Below are positions 38,630 to 46,772 of a DNA stretch of 64,000 nt, one piece after another. The position numbers and the translations under genes were made by a program. Under the pieces are notes generated by a model. It had not been told where the DNA came from, searched no databases, and saw only the letters and a program-made list of their open reading frames with translations. This DNA is from a bacterium (GTDB lineage Bacteria > Patescibacteriota > Patescibacteriia > UBA10025). Numbering within the stretch: position 1 is the first letter of the stretch; each line of letters opens with the position of its first letter. The stretch spans positions 3,447 to 67,446 of the forward strand of contig JAKAGM010000001.1 in the NCBI GenBank assembly GCA_021815445.1, read 5' to 3'.

Positions 38630-39280
38630 ATGAAAGCAAAAATACCGCTCACAAACACCACGGTTGCGGTCGTATGGTCGTTTGTTGCTGTCTTTTACGC
38701 CATAATCTTCACTACATCAAAGTATTTATTCTGGCAGAAACTTGGTGAAACAAGCATTTTGTTTGCTTTTATCATTATACTTTTACCATACTTTGTCGTA
38801 CTCTTTTTTATTGTTCGTTTTGTGAGAGAAGGGGTAGAAATAACGCGCAGAATTCGGGCAGACCTAGGGGAAGCGGCAGAATACGCCTCAGGTGACACGA
38901 TTACTTCACGGATGTATTTTATTATTCCTGCGCTCCAGGGCAAGTATGCAATCCCTGAGGAAAACGTGCTGACGTATTATCAAACCCATATCCAGGATAT
39001 CAAAACGCAAGCCGCAGGGTTTATGCATTTTGCTATTCTTCTGACCGTTTCAGGTGTGGCGATATCTCTTCGGGTAAATTCAGTTTCAGGAACTCTATTC
39101 GCGATTCTTATCGCTGTCATTGCTCTAGGTATGTGGGGGTGGGCCTTTGATTATCGCAGTATCGAGGCATTGCGTACAAGGCGATTCACGGGATTTTTGA
39201 GAAAGAATCCTAAACTCTTTGCTGTTGGGTTTCTGAGTTTAGTATGCGCGATGGTTTTACTGGCTGTAGTCGGGTATTAG
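38630..39280 (+). CDS. hypothetical polytopic membrane protein (AT-rich gene)
   Basis: 216 aa, 5 or more TM helices; GC clearly lower than the flanks. Confidence 0.5.
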   Translation: MKAKIPLTNTTVAVVWSFVAVFYAIIFTTSKYLFWQKLGETSILFAFIIILLPYFVVLFFIVRFVREGVEITRRIRADLGEAAEYASGDTITSRMYFIIPALQGKYAIPEENVLTYYQTHIQDIKTQAAGFMHFAILLTVSGVAISLRVNSVSGTLFAILIAVIALGMWGWAFDYRSIEALRTRRFTGFLRKNPKLFAVGFLSLVCAMVLLAVVGY

Positions 39281-39306
39281 TGTACTTTGAGGGCCATGAT
39301 GTAGCG

Positions 39307-39336
39307 TCGCATATGTTAGTGTTCCGATGTGTTAAC
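39307..39336. promoter_or_regulatory. 30-bp palindromic site 3 (core ATGTGTTAACACAC)
   Basis: about 187 bp upstream of malQ. Confidence 0.45.
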
Positions 39337-39508
39337 ACACTAGTACATTTCGTAAATAAAAAATTCCAGCCAGCCTTTTATGTGCAAACAGGGGTTGTTT
39401 TTGTTTCAGTAAGCGTATAAACTACCGGCGGTAGAGATGGTATCGCGATGTAGTGTTTTGAGAATACATCAAGGGGTCATGAGCAATGTTTTATGCTAAC
39501 ATGATAAT

Positions 39509-40990
39509 ATGAAAACACGCCGATCAGGCATTCTCCTCCACCCGACTTCGCTCCCCAGTCCGTACGGCATTGGGGACTTTGGGCCGGAGGCGTACAGTTT
39601 CGTGGATTTTCTGAGAAAAGCCGGGCAAAAGTTCTGGCAGGTTTTGCCGCTCAGAATACCCGATGAAACCGGCTCCCCGTACGCGTCGTCGTCTGCGTTT
39701 GCCGGTAACTGGCTCTTGGTCAGTCCGGATCTTTTGGTCGCGCAAGGGCTGTTGCCTGAATCAGAACTCCCGCGCGAACGAAAGGTCGGTTTTGTGAATT
39801 ATGACAACCTGATTCACGACAGGAAAAATATGCTTGACCGTTCTCTGCGGTATTTCGACGATTCGGTATCCGAACGGCTTAAAAAAGCCTTCTGGGAATT
39901 TAAAAAGCGCGAGTCGTGGTGGCTGAGGGATTTTTCCCTTTTTATGGCCATAAAGGATTTTTTTGGAGGCAGATCGTGGCATCGATGGTCCGACGGTTTG
40001 GCGCGAAGAAATCCAGATACGCTCCGGTTATGGGCAAAAACTCTTGGAAATGGAATGAGAATATACGAGTACGGGCAGTGGCTTTTTTTCAGGCAGTGGG
40101 AGAGTTTGCGGGCGTATGCAAATCGTCGCGGAATCCAGATCATCGGTGACGTGCCGTTTTTTGTGCGTCACGACAGCGTGGATGTGTGGAGCCATCGCAG
40201 GTTGTTCATGCTTGATAAGAGGAATCTCCCGCGGGTCGTTTCCGGCGTCCCGCCCGACTATTTCAGTTCCCGAGGACAGATATGGCGCGACCCCCAGTAT
40301 GACTGGAAGGCGATGGAACAGGGGCAATTCACATGGTGGGTACAGCGTCTCGGGATGGTGCTGCGGCTGTATGATAAAGTCAGGCTTGACCATTTCCGCG
40401 GGTATGAAGCAGTCTGGCACATCAGACGGGGGAGTCTGACAGCGCGAAACGGGCACTGGTCTCCCGTGCCTGGCGATAAACTCTTTACTCGCATGTGCAA
40501 ATTTTCGAAACATATGCCGTTTATTGCGGAAGATCTCGGATTGATAACTGACGACGTAACCGCATTGCGGAAAAAATTCGGCTTTCCTTCAATGCGCGTC
40601 CTCCAGTTCGGTTTCTCGCTCAATGCCGGAAATCCGCACGCCATCAAAAACCTGCCTCTGAACGCGGTGGTCTACACAGGGACGCATGATAACAATACCG
40701 CGCAAGGGTGGATTCTCGATGATGCGCCCGCAAATATTCGACGGCACGCTCTCGCCGTGCTTAAAGCCGACAAGCGCACTTTCGCATGGAAGCTTATCCA
40801 AGCAGGGATGAAGTCCCGGGCTGATACGTTCATTGCGCCGCTCCAAGATGTGCTCGGTCTGGGCTCGGAGGCACGCATGAATACCCCATCGACAAAACGA
40901 AAAAATTGGCGGTGGAGACTCAAGCCCGCAGTCCTGACGGACCAGATTGCAAAGAAATTAAGGAAACTCAGCACAGATTCGGGCAGGTAA
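39509..40990 (+). CDS. malQ: 4-alpha-glucanotransferase (amylomaltase, GH77)
   Basis: GILLHPTSLPSPYGIGDFG N-terminus and GH77 catalytic regions. Confidence 0.85.
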   Translation: MKTRRSGILLHPTSLPSPYGIGDFGPEAYSFVDFLRKAGQKFWQVLPLRIPDETGSPYASSSAFAGNWLLVSPDLLVAQGLLPESELPRERKVGFVNYDNLIHDRKNMLDRSLRYFDDSVSERLKKAFWEFKKRESWWLRDFSLFMAIKDFFGGRSWHRWSDGLARRNPDTLRLWAKTLGNGMRIYEYGQWLFFRQWESLRAYANRRGIQIIGDVPFFVRHDSVDVWSHRRLFMLDKRNLPRVVSGVPPDYFSSRGQIWRDPQYDWKAMEQGQFTWWVQRLGMVLRLYDKVRLDHFRGYEAVWHIRRGSLTARNGHWSPVPGDKLFTRMCKFSKHMPFIAEDLGLITDDVTALRKKFGFPSMRVLQFGFSLNAGNPHAIKNLPLNAVVYTGTHDNNTAQGWILDDAPANIRRHALAVLKADKRTFAWKLIQAGMKSRADTFIAPLQDVLGLGSEARMNTPSTKRKNWRWRLKPAVLTDQIAKKLRKLSTDSGR

Positions 40991-41310
40991 ATAAAAAAAG
41001 CCCCTCGCCTCAATGGTGGGTCTCATCGAGTACTCAAAGGGGCTTCTCGGGCAGCCGCGCAGGGTACGGAGTTTCATACCCACTAACGTCGCCAACGTTC
41101 TTCGCGACACCCGGTCGTTTCCAGGGAAAACCTGGTTCTGCTTGTTCTTGTCGGATAAAATAAATGTACCAATTACAAGCCTACCTTCGGTTGCCATTAA
41201 GGTCAAGTGGAATTTTTGAAATTAGTCGGACTTCTTTGTGGATCCACGTCAAACTCGCTAAGCACGACGGTACGGGCAGGCGGGGAGACTGTTTTCAGAA
41301 GTAAGCGGAC

Positions 41311-41365
41311 CCAACCCCGTCATTCGCGAATGACGGGGTGGTCTTCTCCGTGATCCCGCACCATG
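41311..41365 (-). pseudogene. degenerate tRNA-Asp-like element (T-arm replaced by a 24-bp perfect palindrome)
   Basis: contains CACCATG and GGTCTTCTCCGTGA, blocks identical to tRNA-Asp; CCCCGTCATTCGCGAATGACGGGG (41315-41338) replaces the T-arm. Confidence 0.3.
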
Positions 41366-41409
41366 TCGCTTCGCTCCAGATGCGGGACTTCGCAGGGAGG
41401 CATTTTCCT

Positions 41410-41431
41410 CAAACCGGACCCAAGGGGATTT
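41410..41431. repeat. 22-bp direct repeat of the tRNA-Asp 3' end
   Basis: CAAACCGGACCCAAGGGGATTT is identical to 41568-41589 (3' acceptor/T-stem of tRNA-Asp). Confidence 0.6.
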
Positions 41432-41572
41432 GGTTCCGGGGTCTCGCTGTTCCTTCGGAACATCGCTCGACCCGTCTCGTCCCGCGCGAAGCAAAACTAT
41501 TTGCTTCGCTTGTTGACTCAACCCCCTGATCTTCTCGGGGATCTGTGCAAGTTAGGCGCATTGTTTCCAAAC

Positions 41573-41647
41573 CGGACCCAAGGGGATTTGAACCCCTGGT
41601 CTTCTCCGTGACAGGGAGACGTGTTAACCGGGCTACACCATGGGTCC
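41573..41647 (-). tRNA. tRNA-Asp (anticodon GUC)
   Basis: GGACCCA-UG-GUGU-AGCCCGGUUA-ACAC-G-UCUCC-CUGUCAC-GGAGA-AGACC-AGGGG-UUCAAAU-CCCCU-UGGGUCC-G; canonical cloverleaf, 75 nt, CCA not encoded. Confidence 0.9.
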
Positions 41648-41735
41648 GGTTTGGAAACAATATGTTAATGTGACGTTCACTACTTTACCAAGCGAAATGG
41701 GAAATGTACAGGGATAGCACAAAGAACTGTCACTG

Positions 41736-41757
41736 TCCGCCGGAGGGGCGGTTTTTC
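41736..41757 (+). terminator. plus-strand intrinsic-terminator-like hairpin abutting the rplT stop
   Basis: CCGCC-GGAG-GGGCGG followed by TTTTTCC. Confidence 0.4.
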
Positions 41758-42105
41758 CTATTTTTTTGCGGCTTTCTCAACCACTGCGGCAAAGATTTGA
41801 GGATGGAATTCAGCAAGGTCAGCCAATATTTTTCTATTGAGCTCAATCTTGGCAATCTTCAGGAGATGAATTAATTTAGAATAACTCATCTTGTTCTGGC
41901 GAGCAGCGGCGTTGACTTGCATCGTCCATTGAGAGCGAAAGTCGCCTTTTTTCATCTTGCGATGCTTGTACGCGAAGGATCCCGCTTTTAGGTGAGCGAC
42001 TTTGGCAAGCCGGGGTATATTTTTCCTGCCCCACCTGTAGCCTTTTACTTTGCGCAGGAGGCGTTTTCTTTTTTTTGCCCTAATTGTTCCACGTTTGACG
42101 CGCAT
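41758..42105 (-). CDS. rplT: 50S ribosomal protein L20
   Basis: MRVKRGTIRAKKRKRLLRKVKGYRWGRKN. Confidence 0.9.
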   Translation of the reverse strand: MRVKRGTIRAKKRKRLLRKVKGYRWGRKNIPRLAKVAHLKAGSFAYKHRKMKKGDFRSQWTMQVNAAARQNKMSYSKLIHLLKIAKIELNRKILADLAEFHPQIFAAVVEKAAKK

Positions 42106-42110
42106 AGATA

Positions 42111-42308
42111 TTATCGGTAGGGGGTTACACGGCGAACAATCTTTTCGAATGAATGGTCAACATTTTTATCACGACGTTTCCGGCGTGTAACAATGCTCGA
42201 CTCTCGGGCGTTGAAATGGTCTTGGCCCGCTTTTCGCCTGATGAGCTTTCCGCGTTTGGTGACCCTGAAGCGTTTCGCAGTTGCTTTATGTGTTCTGAGC
42301 TTTGCCAT
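42111..42308 (-). CDS. rpmI: 50S ribosomal protein L35
   Basis: MAKLRTHKATAKRFRVTKRGKL. Confidence 0.9.
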   Translation of the reverse strand: MAKLRTHKATAKRFRVTKRGKLIRRKAGQDHFNARESSIVTRRKRRDKNVDHSFEKIVRRVTPYR

Positions 42309-42313
42309 AGAAA

Positions 42314-42841
42314 TTATTTCTTTTTCATGAGAAGCATAGTCAGCCTGCCGCCCATTTTTGATACGTCCTGTTCTATCTGTACCGTGTCGCCGAATGAACG
42401 GGCAAACTCATGCATTTGGTCGATTGCCCGGCGCACATGTGCGCGTTCCCGTCCCCGTAAAATCATTTCCACCTGAACCTTATCTCCCTTTTCAAAAAAT
42501 TTCTCCGACTGGGCATGTCTCATCTCAAGATCGTGCTTGCCGATATTGATAGAGATACGGATGCCCTTTATCTCAACCCGTTTCTGTCTGGCCTTGTTTT
42601 TCCGTTCCAACTTCTCCTGCCGAAATTGGTAGGCGCCATAGTCCATAATACGGACCACCGGCGGATTCGCCAGGGGGGAAACCTCGATAAGGTCAAGCCC
42701 ACGCTCTTGTGCCATCTGGAGAGCGTCGCGAATAGAAACGACACCTATTTGGGCATCTTTTTCGTCGATCAACCTTACTTCCGGTACTCGAATCTGATGG
42801 TTCAGCCGATAGCGCTTAGTAGTACTAATTGTTCTATGAAT
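42314..42841 (-). CDS. infC: translation initiation factor IF-3, probable AUU start
   Basis: the longest listed ORF begins at TTG 42772 (LIDEKDAQIGVVS), but the in-frame upstream sequence reads IHRTISTTKRYRLNHQIRVPEVRLID, matching the IF3 N-domain, and starts with ATT at 42841..42839 just after an in-frame TAA. Confidence 0.75.
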   Translation of the reverse strand: MHRTISTTKRYRLNHQIRVPEVRLIDEKDAQIGVVSIRDALQMAQERGLDLIEVSPLANPPVVRIMDYGAYQFRQEKLERKNKARQKRVEIKGIRISINIGKHDLEMRHAQSEKFFEKGDKVQVEMILRGRERAHVRRAIDQMHEFARSFGDTVQIEQDVSKMGGRLTMLLMKKK

Positions 42842-43110
42842 TAATGATTAACTTTCTTGTAGGGGTGACCAAATTCGATCAAATTGAGTTTTTTGTCTCG
42901 CCGCCAGCCTTTAATCTGTCTTTCTCGGTTTCTTGCTTCTCGAAGAGTATCAAATTGTTCTTGATATACCAACTTTACTGGAAGCCTTTTTCTCGTATGT
43001 TCGGGACCCAACCCGAGATTGTGTATCTTAACTCTTACTTTAAGGTGGCTACTAGTTCCTGTATACAGCGAGTTATCAGAGCAAAGAAGGATGTAAAGAT
43101 AGTACTTCAT
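42841..43110 (-). CDS. GIY-YIG nuclease-domain protein (UPF0213/YhbQ-like)
   Basis: MKYYLYILLCSDNSLYTGTSSHLKVRVKIHN...REARNRERQIKGWRRDKK; start chosen at the ATG that begins the GIY-YIG module. Confidence 0.65.
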   Translation of the reverse strand: MKYYLYILLCSDNSLYTGTSSHLKVRVKIHNLGLGPEHTRKRLPVKLVYQEQFDTLREARNRERQIKGWRRDKKLNLIEFGHPYKKVNH

Positions 43111-43231
43111 ACTCTTGGTGCCCTTCGGTATGCTCAGGGCACCATTCGATTCAAGGCTGCCTTGACTTAAGGGGTTGTCGATCCTCCTATTGGTCGAAGA
43201 CCATGAGTGAGGAGCGTAGCGACGAATCGAA

Positions 43232-43631
43232 TGGTGGAGATGAGGGGAATTGCACCCCTGTCCAATATACGAACCAGTCAACGTCTCCAAGCTATCCTAT
43301 TTTAGCGTGGTCGATGGCAGAAGTCAAAATAGGAAAAAGGTCCTGCCATCCGAGTCTCGTGGTACGGCCGGGAGCAAGAGACACGCTCGTCGGTCGTCCT
43401 CCGTTTGTGACACCTCCGACCTTCTCAGGAGGAATCAGAAGGGGAGATGGTTATCGGTTTTTACGCGACAACAGGCGCAAAGGAAGGCGCAAATACGCTT
43501 GCAAGTGCGGTCTTCGCTTTGCTTACAAATGATTTGGCATTTGTCTAATTGGAGCCAGTTTAACGTCATGAACTGCCGTGGACGGCTTGCAGTTGAGATG
43601 GCAATGTACACTGTCGATTATAAGCATCCCC
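43232..43631 (-). ncRNA. ssrA: tmRNA (SsrA)
   Basis: 5' GGGGAUGCUUAUAAUCGACAG (acceptor G3-U wobble, UCGAC box) and 3' GGACAGGGGUGCAAUUCCCCUCAUCUCCACCA (T-arm plus acceptor plus CCA); 34 nt downstream of smpB; candidate tag frame ending ...APSFAPVVA-UAA (stop at 43463-43461). Confidence 0.8.
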
Positions 43632-43665
43632 ATGATGCGCCTGATTGCGGAAAGGTTGAAAATGA

Positions 43666-44109
43666 TCAGTAGTCCAGCGCTTGCCTGATCCGCCGGTCAA
43701 CCTCGCGTTTCTTAATGGTTTCGCGCTTATCCTGTTTCTTCTTCCCGCGCGCCAAACCCAGCTCAACCTTGATCAAGCTACCCTTAGTATAGACAGAAAG
43801 CGGAATAAGTGTCAAGCCTGCCGAAGCCATCTTCCCGATCAATGATTTGATGTCCTCACGCTTCACAAGCAGCTTCTTTTCTCGGTCAGGATCCTCGTGG
43901 GATTCTTTCGAAGCACGCTGGTATCTCGCTATATGGCAGCCGATCAGCCAGAGTTCATTGCCGCGCATGCTCACATAACTTCCCATCAGAGTACAGTTGC
44001 CCAGCTTGACCGACTTTACCTCTGCGCCTCTCAATACAATACCGGCCTCAATTTTTTCGAGGATTGTGTAGTTGAAATAGCCTTTTTTGTTCTTAGCGAG
44101 GGTAGGCAT
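43666..44109 (-). CDS. smpB: SsrA-binding protein SmpB
   Basis: KGYFNYTILEKIEAGIVLRGAEVKS...LIPLSVY. Confidence 0.9.
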   Translation of the reverse strand: MPTLAKNKKGYFNYTILEKIEAGIVLRGAEVKSVKLGNCTLMGSYVSMRGNELWLIGCHIARYQRASKESHEDPDREKKLLVKREDIKSLIGKMASAGLTLIPLSVYTKGSLIKVELGLARGKKKQDKRETIKKREVDRRIRQALDY

Positions 44110-44182
44110 AGGAATATGAGTAGTATACAGGATTTTTGAACTGTGGATAATCGGGGTTGACGTCCGAAGTTGTTTGGGTGTA

Positions 44183-44212
44183 GTGTATCAATGTGTTAAC
44201 ACACTAATACAC
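44183..44212. promoter_or_regulatory. 30-bp palindromic site 4 (GTGTATCAATGTGTTAACACACTAATACAC)
   Basis: 13 of 15 symmetric positions; centre about 35 bp upstream of the yerC ATG. Confidence 0.55.
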
Positions 44213-44232
44213 CTCAGCATGTACCCCATTTT

Positions 44233-44586
44233 ATGCCAAAGCGTTCGATAGACTGGAACAAAAGAAAAACAAGCGATCTCTTTGAAGCGGTTCTCGCGCT
44301 TAAAACGCAGGATGAGTGCAGGCGTTTTTTCCGTGACCTGTGCACGCTTGAGGAAATTGCCGCACTTGCCGACAGGTGGCAGATGGTCAAAATGATGGTC
44401 CAAGGATATTCATACCGCGATATATCGGCGAAACTCAAAGTGAGCACAACGACTGTTGCCCGTGTCGCGCAGTGGTTCACACGAGGCGAAGAGGGTTATC
44501 GGCTCGTGGTTAAGAGACTGGGGCTCACCAGACTGCCTGAAGCAAAAATTTCTTCAAATCATTATCACCACGCTTCTCTTCACTGA
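44233..44586 (+). CDS. yerC: TrpR-like DNA-binding protein of the YerC/YecD family
   Basis: DLFEAVLALKTQDECRRFFRDLCTLEEIAALADRWQMVKMM...YRDISAKLKVSTTTVARV helix-turn-helix. Confidence 0.75.
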   Translation: MPKRSIDWNKRKTSDLFEAVLALKTQDECRRFFRDLCTLEEIAALADRWQMVKMMVQGYSYRDISAKLKVSTTTVARVAQWFTRGEEGYRLVVKRLGLTRLPEAKISSNHYHHASLH

Positions 44587-44627
44587 AGAGGTGTCGTGAT
44601 GTGGTAGACATTTCACCGCATCCGGAG

Positions 44628-44656
44628 AAACCCCTTCAGTGCAAGAGGTTTTTTTT
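44628..44656 (+). terminator. rho-independent terminator after yerC
   Basis: AAACCCCTT-cagtgc-AAGAGGTTT followed by T8. Confidence 0.55.
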
Positions 44657-44874
44657 GATACATGCGTACCTTGAGAAAATCTTGAGACACGATGGGACGT
44701 GATGACAACCGTTCGCACCGAGAGAGGTGTATGTTGATGCGACAACATAAACATACCCCCTTCTCGTCATTGAGAAGAGCTTGTCGGACTGCTCCTGCAA
44801 TCCGAGACTGTCACCGTCCGGTGGCCGCCCTCACTCTCGAGCTTGCTCATGTTCATTTCATTTGGAGGTGTACC

Positions 44875-45972
44875 GTGTCAAAGCACGAAGCCAGCACGCA
44901 AACAGTGTTCGATCCAATCGGCCAGCGCTATGAAGGCCTCGCCAGGCCGTCAGGACTTCGATACGGCATTATTGAGGTAACAACCCGGTGCCAACTCGCT
45001 TGCCCAGGATGCTACATGGTTCGACGTGGCGCGCTCAATCACGGCAGTTTGTCTTTTGACCAGGCGGTCGGCGTACTTGACCGGTGCTGCGAATATACTG
45101 GCCGAGAGCTCGAAACAATGGACATCCTCGGCGGCGAGCCGCTCCTGTGGCCGCCGCTCAAAGAATACATCGTCGAGCTACTCAATCGCGGCATCAAACC
45201 TTGGCTTTTTACCAACATGCTGACGATCACGCCGTCACTGGCCCGGTGGCTCTTTGAGCGGAAGGTGCATATCACCGGCAAGCTGAACGTGGATCCGTCT
45301 GATCCTGCTCAGCTCTCTGTCCAAGCGGCGATGATTGGCCGGAACGAGCGCGTAGCCCGCCGAATGGCCGCGGCAATTTCTGTTTGGCTTGGAGTCGGAT
45401 ATCGCAACCCATTATTCCGGCTCCAAAATCTGGTTCGTCAGGCAAACATCGGATTTGTGCCCGATTACTACCGCTGGTGCCTCGAACAAGGGATTGGGAC
45501 GGATCTTGAACTCATGGGTTCCGGCGAAACGGTAGGCGCGGAGTACTATGCGGTGGCGCCGACTCCGAAACAAGTCGCCCGCATGATAGAAGCGATCCAT
45601 GCGGTTCGGCGCGAGTACGGTTTGCCGGAAGCTGAAGTGCTGATGCCCCACGTCTTTGGATCCTGCCCTTTTTATGACAAGGGGCTCTACTTCGCCGCCG
45701 ACTGTTCAATCCGTGCCTGTTCCAACTCCACGGTCACGCTTGCACACTTAAGCGACCAGGATCCGATCCGGAAAGCCTATGAGTCGCCGCTCATCTGCCG
45801 CCGGCTCAGCCTGTGCCGTGAGGTGGTAGGAGAGCCATGCCGTTCGTGCGATCGGTGGGAACGGTGCCGCGGTGGCTGCCGGGCAACCGTGGAAGGGATG
45901 GGCGACCCGTACGGCGGATATACGCTTTGTCCGCTTCCTTACCTCGGCAATGGTAAGCCCAAAGTCGGCTAG
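44875..45972 (+). CDS. radical SAM enzyme with C-terminal SPASM domain
   Basis: CQLACPGCY (CxxxCxxC) near the N-terminus; SPASM-like C-terminal Cys cluster CSNSTV...ICRRLSLC...EPCRSCDRWERCRGGC; GTG start with GGAGG SD (an in-frame 61-codon stop-free extension back to ATG 44692 was noted but not preferred). Confidence 0.8.
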   Translation: MSKHEASTQTVFDPIGQRYEGLARPSGLRYGIIEVTTRCQLACPGCYMVRRGALNHGSLSFDQAVGVLDRCCEYTGRELETMDILGGEPLLWPPLKEYIVELLNRGIKPWLFTNMLTITPSLARWLFERKVHITGKLNVDPSDPAQLSVQAAMIGRNERVARRMAAAISVWLGVGYRNPLFRLQNLVRQANIGFVPDYYRWCLEQGIGTDLELMGSGETVGAEYYAVAPTPKQVARMIEAIHAVRREYGLPEAEVLMPHVFGSCPFYDKGLYFAADCSIRACSNSTVTLAHLSDQDPIRKAYESPLICRRLSLCREVVGEPCRSCDRWERCRGGCRATVEGMGDPYGGYTLCPLPYLGNGKPKVG

Positions 45973-46045
45973 GCAGCACGCAATAGTAGCGGGGGGCTGG
46001 AATAATGAACTTCTAAAGTTCCGGCCCCCCTATTTTCTCTCGACT

Positions 46046-46588
46046 ATGCGTCAAAAAATTATTACAACAGCTCAAAAGAAATTACTAGAGCTTAACCGCC
46101 GATACAACGGGTTCATGGCAGTCATCCTTGATAACTGGCGCGGTTATCGTTTTATTTACGACACTGTCGATGTTCGACGATGCCAGAATAATTGCACGCA
46201 GTGTCCGCTTTTCCGATTGTTAGCAAATGAAAAAGACGGCGCTTTTACAGCTCGCCTTCTCCGGGCGTCGCCTGCCGACCGCAGACTGTTCGGTCCCCAA
46301 AAGTATCTCAATTGTAAAACAATTTCGCAGTACCGAATGTGTTATAAGAATTTTATTGCTCAAAAAATAGCAACGCAAAAAGAATTGACGGCCGAATTAC
46401 GGCTTGTTCAAGGACTCAGGGTGCTCTACGCCAAAGAGCGAGATCCCTTGCTTGTCGAACAAGAGATAAAAAGGAATATTATCAACTTTTCTGCTCGATG
46501 GTCGCCACTCTCAGCAGCAGCCGGCAAGAGCCGGCGCAAATCATTTGACAGCTTGTTGAAAAAGGATTACACTTTATCCACATTATGA
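46046..46588 (+). CDS. hypothetical protein with CxxxCxxC motif (AT-rich gene)
   Basis: VRRCQNNCTQCPLF at residues ~45-55 with additional Cys; too short for a full radical-SAM barrel; GC far below its neighbours; start uncertain. Confidence 0.4.
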   Translation: MRQKIITTAQKKLLELNRRYNGFMAVILDNWRGYRFIYDTVDVRRCQNNCTQCPLFRLLANEKDGAFTARLLRASPADRRLFGPQKYLNCKTISQYRMCYKNFIAQKIATQKELTAELRLVQGLRVLYAKERDPLLVEQEIKRNIINFSARWSPLSAAAGKSRRKSFDSLLKKDYTLSTL

Positions 46589-46718
46589 ATCTAACTTCAC
46601 TCCAACAGAAAAACCTGAAGATGTTCCGCTGGAACTTTCGTCACTATGGCGGCAGGGTTTCTTTACTGTTTGGAGTAGATATGGCGTAATAACGAATTCC
46701 AAAATATTCCACAGAAAG

Positions 46719-46748
46719 AAACCTCAAGCTGCCGCTCGAGGTTTTTTG
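46719..46748 (+). terminator. rho-independent terminator
   Basis: CCTCAAGC-tgcc-GCTCGAGG followed by TTTTTT. Confidence 0.5.
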
Positions 46749-46772
46749 GTAAATAATTAATTTTAAGAAAGT

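Noticed and set aside
41000-41260. SRP RNA or RNase P RNA in the malQ to tRNA-Asp gap
   Set aside because: The local hairpins (CCAGG-GAAAA-CCTGG and GGGTA...TACCC) do not match the conserved SRP domain IV or RNase P P4 sequences by eye. It is left as unassigned structured DNA.
41338-41611. + strand ORFs 41338..41529 and 41363..41611, and minus ORFs 41258..41521 and 41409..41660
   Set aside because: They overlap tRNA-Asp and tRNA-derived hairpin elements. There is no coding signal.
43203-43672. + strand ORFs 43203..43532 and 43250..43672
   Set aside because: They lie entirely within the tmRNA gene and its flanks. The tmRNA end motifs on the minus strand explain the region.
44692-44874. ATG at 44692 as the radical-SAM start (61-codon N-terminal extension)
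   Set aside because: GTG at 44875 has a GGAGG SD and gives a normal rSAM N-terminus. The extension is Cys/Arg-rich and overlaps the yerC terminator region. It is kept in mind only as a possible fused or precursor segment.
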